Assembly (NCBI GenBank): GCA_026396205.1
Contig: JAPLXF010000058.1
Location: 1-39,207, forward strand
Origin: Candidatus Moraniibacteriota bacterium
GTDB lineage: Bacteria; Patescibacteriota; Minisyncoccia; Moranbacterales; UBA2206
Length of the DNA: 39,207 bases
Direction of reading: 5' to 3'
The notes under the pieces: generated by a model
Seen by the model: only the letters and a program-made list of their open reading frames with translations
Databases searched by the model: none
Told to the model about the DNA's origin: nothing
Program-made: the position numbers and the translations under genes
Part shown: one piece after another, positions 35,292 to 39,207 of the stretch
How the letters are laid out: every line of letters begins with the position of its first letter
Numbering within the stretch: the stretch's first letter is position 1

Positions 35292-37409
35292 TTATTTTAC
35301 GGCGGTTTTCATAGAAAGATTTATTCGGCCTTGGGAGTCAATTTCCCTGACTTTGACCGGAACCACATCGCCGACTTTTAAAACATCTTCTACGCGTTCA
35401 ACCCGGTGGTTGGCCATTTCGGAAATATGGATCAAACCTTCTTGACCAGGTAGAATTTCCGCAAAAGCGCCAAAAGTCATCAAACGGGTAACTTTAGCAT
35501 TGAATATTTCTCCGGCTTTGACTTCATGTGTCAGATTGTCAATCCATTTTTGGGCTTTTTTGGCCGATTCTTCATTGGGCGAAGTGATAAAAACGGAGCC
35601 GTCGTCTTCAATATCGATCTGGACGCCGGTTTCATCGATAATTTCATTGATAATCTTACCGCCGCTGCCGATAACATTCCTGATTTTATCCGGATGGATC
35701 TTCATAATGATGATTCTGGGCGCGTATTGGGACATTTCGGTTCTCGGGGCGGGAATGGCGGCTTTAATTTTTTCAATAATTTCCAGACGGTTTTTATGAG
35801 ATTGTTCCAAAACGGCTTTCAGCATTTCCAAAGTTACGCCGTCCACTTTCACATCCATTTGCAGCGCTGTTATACCATTTTCGCTGCCAGCCGCTTTAAA
35901 ATCCATATCGCCGTAATGATCTTCTAATCCCTGAATATCCGTAAGGACTTTAAATTTCTGTTCTTTGTTCTCTATTCCAGGTTGATTGATTATGATTCCC
36001 ATAGCGATTCCGGAAACCGGCCTTTTAATTGGTACTCCGGCGTCCATTAACGAAAGAGTGGAACCGCAAGTAGAAGCCATGGAAGATGAACCATTGGAGG
36101 AAAGAATTTCAGAAACTAATAAAATAGTGTAGGGAAATTCATCTTTGGATGGCAAAACCGGCACCAAGGCTTTTTCAGCCAAGGCGCCGTGGCCGATTTC
36201 GCGCCGGCCCGGCCCGCGCATCGGTTTGATTTCACCCACCGAAAACGGCGGGAAATTATAATGATGAATATATCTTTTTTTGATATCAACTTCCATCGTA
36301 TCGATAATCTGTTCGTCGCCGGGAGAGCCCAAGGTGGTAATAGTCAGCGCTTGAGTTTCACCGCGGGTAAAAAGAGCGGAGCCGTGAGTTCTGGGCAAAA
36401 GTCCGGTCCGACATTCAATTTGCCTGATTTCGTCCAGTTTTCGGCCATCGGGACGCTGCTCTTTTTCCAGAATATTTTTATGCACGATTTCGTCGGAAAC
36501 TTCTTCAAAAATTTGTTCCGCCACTTCTTTGATTTTTTCCGCTTCGCTAGCGTAATTTTCCAAAATAAAAGCCTCAACCTTTTCTTTGATAGCGGCAGTT
36601 TTAGCTTCAATGACCAACTTATCTTTGTCGTAAAGCGCTTCAGCAATGCCTTCTTTCAAGAAAATTTCCTTTATCTTGGCCTCAATTTCCGGGTCAGCCG
36701 CCAGTAAAGCCGGCTCGGCCTTTTCTTTACCGACTTCTTTTTGGATATCAGCGATAAAGCTGGCAATTTTTTTAATGGCTTCAAAACCGAAAGCAAAAGC
36801 CTCTAGCATTTCGGCTTCGGACACTTCATTGGCGCCGGCTTCCAGCATATTTATGTTGTCTTCTGTTCCGGAAATAGTCAGATCCAATCGGCTGTCGGCA
36901 ATATCGCCGTTGACCGGATTTAAAATAAATTCTTCTTTGACTTTTCCAACTTTAACCGCGGCTACCGGCCCGTTCCATGGAATATTGGAAATGGAAAGCG
37001 CGGCGGAAGCGGCGATAACCGCCAAGGTTGAAGGATCGTTTTCTCCATCATAAGAAAGAACGGTAGTAACTACCTGAACATCATTCCGCATGCGGCCGTT
37101 AAAAAGCGGGCGGATGGTCCGGTCTACGATTCGTCCGGAAAGAATGGCGTCATCCGACGGGCGGCCATCTCTTTTGATAAATTTGGAGCCTTTGATTTTG
37201 CCGGCAGCGTAGTATCTTTCTTCAAAGTCCACCATTAACGGGAAATAACCGCTGATTCGGGAAGCGGATTGGCTCATGACGGCGGCGGCTAAAACCACCG
37301 TATCACCGTAGCGGGCGGTTACAGAACCATTGGCCTGTCCGGCCAAAAGTCCGGTCTCAATTTCCAAAACCCTTCCTCCGATCTGGAGAGACCATTTTTT
37401 TTGTTCCAT
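35292..37409 (-). CDS. pnp: Polyribonucleotide nucleotidyltransferase (PNPase)
   Basis: YAAGKI, HGSALFTRGETQ, SNGSSSMAS and GDMDFK motifs, plus KH and S1 domains. Confidence 0.98.
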   Translation of the reverse strand: MEQKKWSLQIGGRVLEIETGLLAGQANGSVTARYGDTVVLAAAVMSQSASRISGYFPLMVDFEERYYAAGKIKGSKFIKRDGRPSDDAILSGRIVDRTIRPLFNGRMRNDVQVVTTVLSYDGENDPSTLAVIAASAALSISNIPWNGPVAAVKVGKVKEEFILNPVNGDIADSRLDLTISGTEDNINMLEAGANEVSEAEMLEAFAFGFEAIKKIASFIADIQKEVGKEKAEPALLAADPEIEAKIKEIFLKEGIAEALYDKDKLVIEAKTAAIKEKVEAFILENYASEAEKIKEVAEQIFEEVSDEIVHKNILEKEQRPDGRKLDEIRQIECRTGLLPRTHGSALFTRGETQALTITTLGSPGDEQIIDTMEVDIKKRYIHHYNFPPFSVGEIKPMRGPGRREIGHGALAEKALVPVLPSKDEFPYTILLVSEILSSNGSSSMASTCGSTLSLMDAGVPIKRPVSGIAMGIIINQPGIENKEQKFKVLTDIQGLEDHYGDMDFKAAGSENGITALQMDVKVDGVTLEMLKAVLEQSHKNRLEIIEKIKAAIPAPRTEMSQYAPRIIIMKIHPDKIRNVIGSGGKIINEIIDETGVQIDIEDDGSVFITSPNEESAKKAQKWIDNLTHEVKAGEIFNAKVTRLMTFGAFAEILPGQEGLIHISEMANHRVERVEDVLKVGDVVPVKVREIDSQGRINLSMKTAVK

Positions 37410-37420
37410 AAGAACGTATT

Positions 37421-37505
37421 AGCCTTGCGCTAATGACGTTACAAACACGATAATAAGCTCAATTTTTGAGTTCATTATTGTGTCTCCGACGCACTAACAA
37501 AGGCT
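37421..37505 (-). promoter_or_regulatory. Long stem-loop in the pnp 5' leader
   Basis: mRNA AGCCUU/AAGGCU base stem and AGACACAAUAAUGAACUCAA/UUGAGCUUAUUAUCGUGUUU upper stem. Confidence 0.7.
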
Positions 37506-37561
37506 TTATTTATTGAATTATTAAACTGGATTGATTTTAGCTTATTTAATAAAATTTGTCA

Positions 37562-37597
37562 ATAAAAAAGGCAGCGCTTATTATTAGTCGCTGCCTT
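37562..37597 (-). terminator. Intrinsic terminator
   Basis: AAGGCAGCG/CGCTGCCTT stem followed by a T-run on the minus strand. Confidence 0.7.
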
Positions 37598-37616
37598 ATT
37601 CGTTTTTTTATTGGAC

Positions 37617-37784
37617 TTATGTGACAGTCCATTTTATTTCTTTGGCGGTTCCGCCGTAATTGCATAAAATAGCCGTGGTTTGTTCGGCAATGCCGCCGTG
37701 AAAGGGACATTTCATGTAATCTCCTACCGGAAGTAATTTATCTTCCTTTTTTTCATTGAGCAATTTTGGACACTCAACGGGCAT
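37617..37784 (-). CDS. Small Cys/His-containing protein (55 aa)
   Basis: Not in the ORF track. MPVECPKLLNEKKEDKLLPVGDYMKCPFHGGIAEQTTAILCNYGGTAKEIKWTVT, with AAAGGAGAAGGA upstream and a terminator downstream. Confidence 0.7.
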   Translation of the reverse strand: MPVECPKLLNEKKEDKLLPVGDYMKCPFHGGIAEQTTAILCNYGGTAKEIKWTVT

Positions 37785-37850
37785 GTTCCTTCTCCTTTGA
37801 AATGATTGTGAAATAAGAATAGCATCTACATTTTAGTTTGTTGCAGGAGT

Positions 37851-38798
37851 TTACCACCGTACTATTGCCGCGCCCCATGTCAGGCCTGCGCCGAAAGCGG
37901 TAAAAAGTAAAACATCATTCGGGCTTATGCGATCCTTCTCGTAGGCTTCTCGAAGGGCTATGGGTATTGTCGCGGATGACATATTTCCATATTTTTCTAT
38001 ATTTATGAAAATATTTTTAATGGGAATTTCCATCTTTTCAGCCACCATCAGAATGATTCTTTTGTTGGCTTGATGGGGAATGACCAGCTTGATATCGTCC
38101 TTTTTCAGCCTGGCCATTTTCAGAACAGTTTCGGAAGCTTGAACCATTCCTCTTATGGCCGGCTCATAAATCCTGTTTCCATACATCCTAAGCAGTTCTT
38201 CTCCATTGGGCATCTTTTGACAAAAAAGAAGACTGCCCTTTTTGCCATCGGAAAAAAGTTTGGTGGCGATTATTCCCCTGCCTTTTTCTTCGGTAGCTTC
38301 TAAAACAACAGCGCCAGCTCCATCTCCAAAAAGAATGCAAGTTGACCTGTCGGTATAATCTGTTATATCTGACAATTTTTCTGCGCCGACAAGCAGAATT
38401 TTTTTGTAGATGCCACTGCGGATATAAGCAGCTGCCATTTCAAGCCCTTGGATAAAACCGGTGCAGCCGGAATTAATATCGACAGCTGAAGCATTTATAG
38501 CTCCGATTTTATCTTGAATTTGGCAAGCACAGCTGGGGAAGTGATAATCTCCCCTGACTGTGGCAACGATTATATGGTCAAGCGCACTGGCTTTTAAGCC
38601 GTTGTCCTCCAAGGCTTCTTTGGCCGCTTTCGCTCCCATATCTGAGGGCGTTTCAAACCATGCAAGCCGTCTTTCCTTTATCCCCGTCATTTCAACAATC
38701 CGTTTATTCGTTGTGTCTACCATCTTTTCCAAGTCTTGATTGGTAAGAATGGTTGGCGGCAAATATTTTCCTACTCCTGTAATTCTGGCGTTTAGCAT
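37851..38798 (-). CDS. fabH: Beta-ketoacyl-ACP synthase III
   Basis: SGCTGF, LFGDGAGA, IPHQAN, YGNMSSA and FGAGLTWG; intact Cys-His-Asn triad. Confidence 0.95.
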   Translation of the reverse strand: MLNARITGVGKYLPPTILTNQDLEKMVDTTNKRIVEMTGIKERRLAWFETPSDMGAKAAKEALEDNGLKASALDHIIVATVRGDYHFPSCACQIQDKIGAINASAVDINSGCTGFIQGLEMAAAYIRSGIYKKILLVGAEKLSDITDYTDRSTCILFGDGAGAVVLEATEEKGRGIIATKLFSDGKKGSLLFCQKMPNGEELLRMYGNRIYEPAIRGMVQASETVLKMARLKKDDIKLVIPHQANKRIILMVAEKMEIPIKNIFINIEKYGNMSSATIPIALREAYEKDRISPNDVLLFTAFGAGLTWGAAIVRW

Positions 38799-38864
38799 AT
38801 AGCTCTCCTTTGTAAAAGTGCATTTATATTTTGTTCCAATTTTTGTTTATTTTGAGTTTAAGAA

Positions 38865-38923
38865 ACCTTAGCTTAATTCGGATTTTTTGTCAATTTGACA
38901 AAGCCCAAACTGTGTTTTAGAAT
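38865..38923. promoter_or_regulatory. Back-to-back divergent sigma70 promoters
   Basis: + strand: TTGACA 38895-38900, 17 bp, TAGAAT 38918-38923. - strand: TTGACA 38893-38888, 17 bp, TAAGGT 38870-38865. Confidence 0.75.
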
Positions 38924-38982
38924 CAGTTATTCTTTAATAATCGAATATAAACTAAAAACCTCTTTCATAAAGGAGACAGACA

Positions 38983-39207
38983 ATGAGAAAGTCCATAATT
39001 TCAGTACTAATAATGTTTTTATTGATTATTTCCAGCACCATTGCTCAAGGCGACATATTTGTCAGAAAAATTGATAATTCCTATCAAATCGAAAAACGGG
39101 ATATAATCGCCATTATTCCGCAACTTCCCAAAAACATTCAATTCAACAAAGAAACAGAAGAAAAAATAATCGAGCTGTATATGGGAACAATCAAATCCTA
39201 TGTCGCG
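38983..39207 (+). CDS. Secreted hypothetical protein, 5' part (runs off the window)
   Basis: AAAGGAG SD; MRKSIISVLIMFLLIISSTIAQG signal peptide; frame open to the window end. Confidence 0.7.
   Translation, partial: MRKSIISVLIMFLLIISSTIAQGDIFVRKIDNSYQIEKRDIIAIIPQLPKNIQFNKETEEKIIELYMGTIKSYVA

Noticed and set aside
1..39207. Alternative genetic code (TGA = Gly/Trp)
   Set aside because: Conserved genes are full length in code 11, and TGA ends comM at its expected C-terminus.

Overview
Bacterial chromosomal window spanning the replication origin, read in genetic code 11. Gene content suggests a Patescibacteria/CPR (Parcubacteria-like) genome; this is inference from the PrgI/VirB4/VirB6/pilin block, scarce Shine-Dalgarno sites and the dnaA-rpmH-rnpA-yidC-jag order without mnmE/G. 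Layout from left to right: (1) dnaN <- oriC <- dnaA; (2) rpmH-rnpA-yidC-jag; (3) flippase, two GT2 enzymes and two O-antigen-ligase-like genes on +; (4) a ~16 kb minus-strand type IV secretion-like envelope operon (10.4-26.4 kb), whose virB4 and upstream partner gene are each split by an apparent frameshifting internal deletion; (5) a UbiA-family prenyltransferase; (6) ksgA, a G5/DPBB protein, comM, lspA, dksA-like and yraN; (7) a membrane protein and pnp; (8) a small block with strong SD sites containing a 55-aa Cys protein, fabH and a partial secreted protein. The most unusual layer is a dense set of short structured DNA elements. These include inverted 7-8-mer tandem arrays, one pair of which brackets a four-helix-bundle (IVP/Avd-like) gene. 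They also include GC-rich hairpins with a recurrent CTYG foot, GTCATTCC...GATGAC bipartite palindromes, and CCTGCCTGCCGGCAGGCAGG palindromes. Many are nested in one another or inserted in frame in protein genes (ksgA, lspA, a ligase, a T4SS-operon gene). No tRNA, rRNA, CRISPR array or transposase was found.
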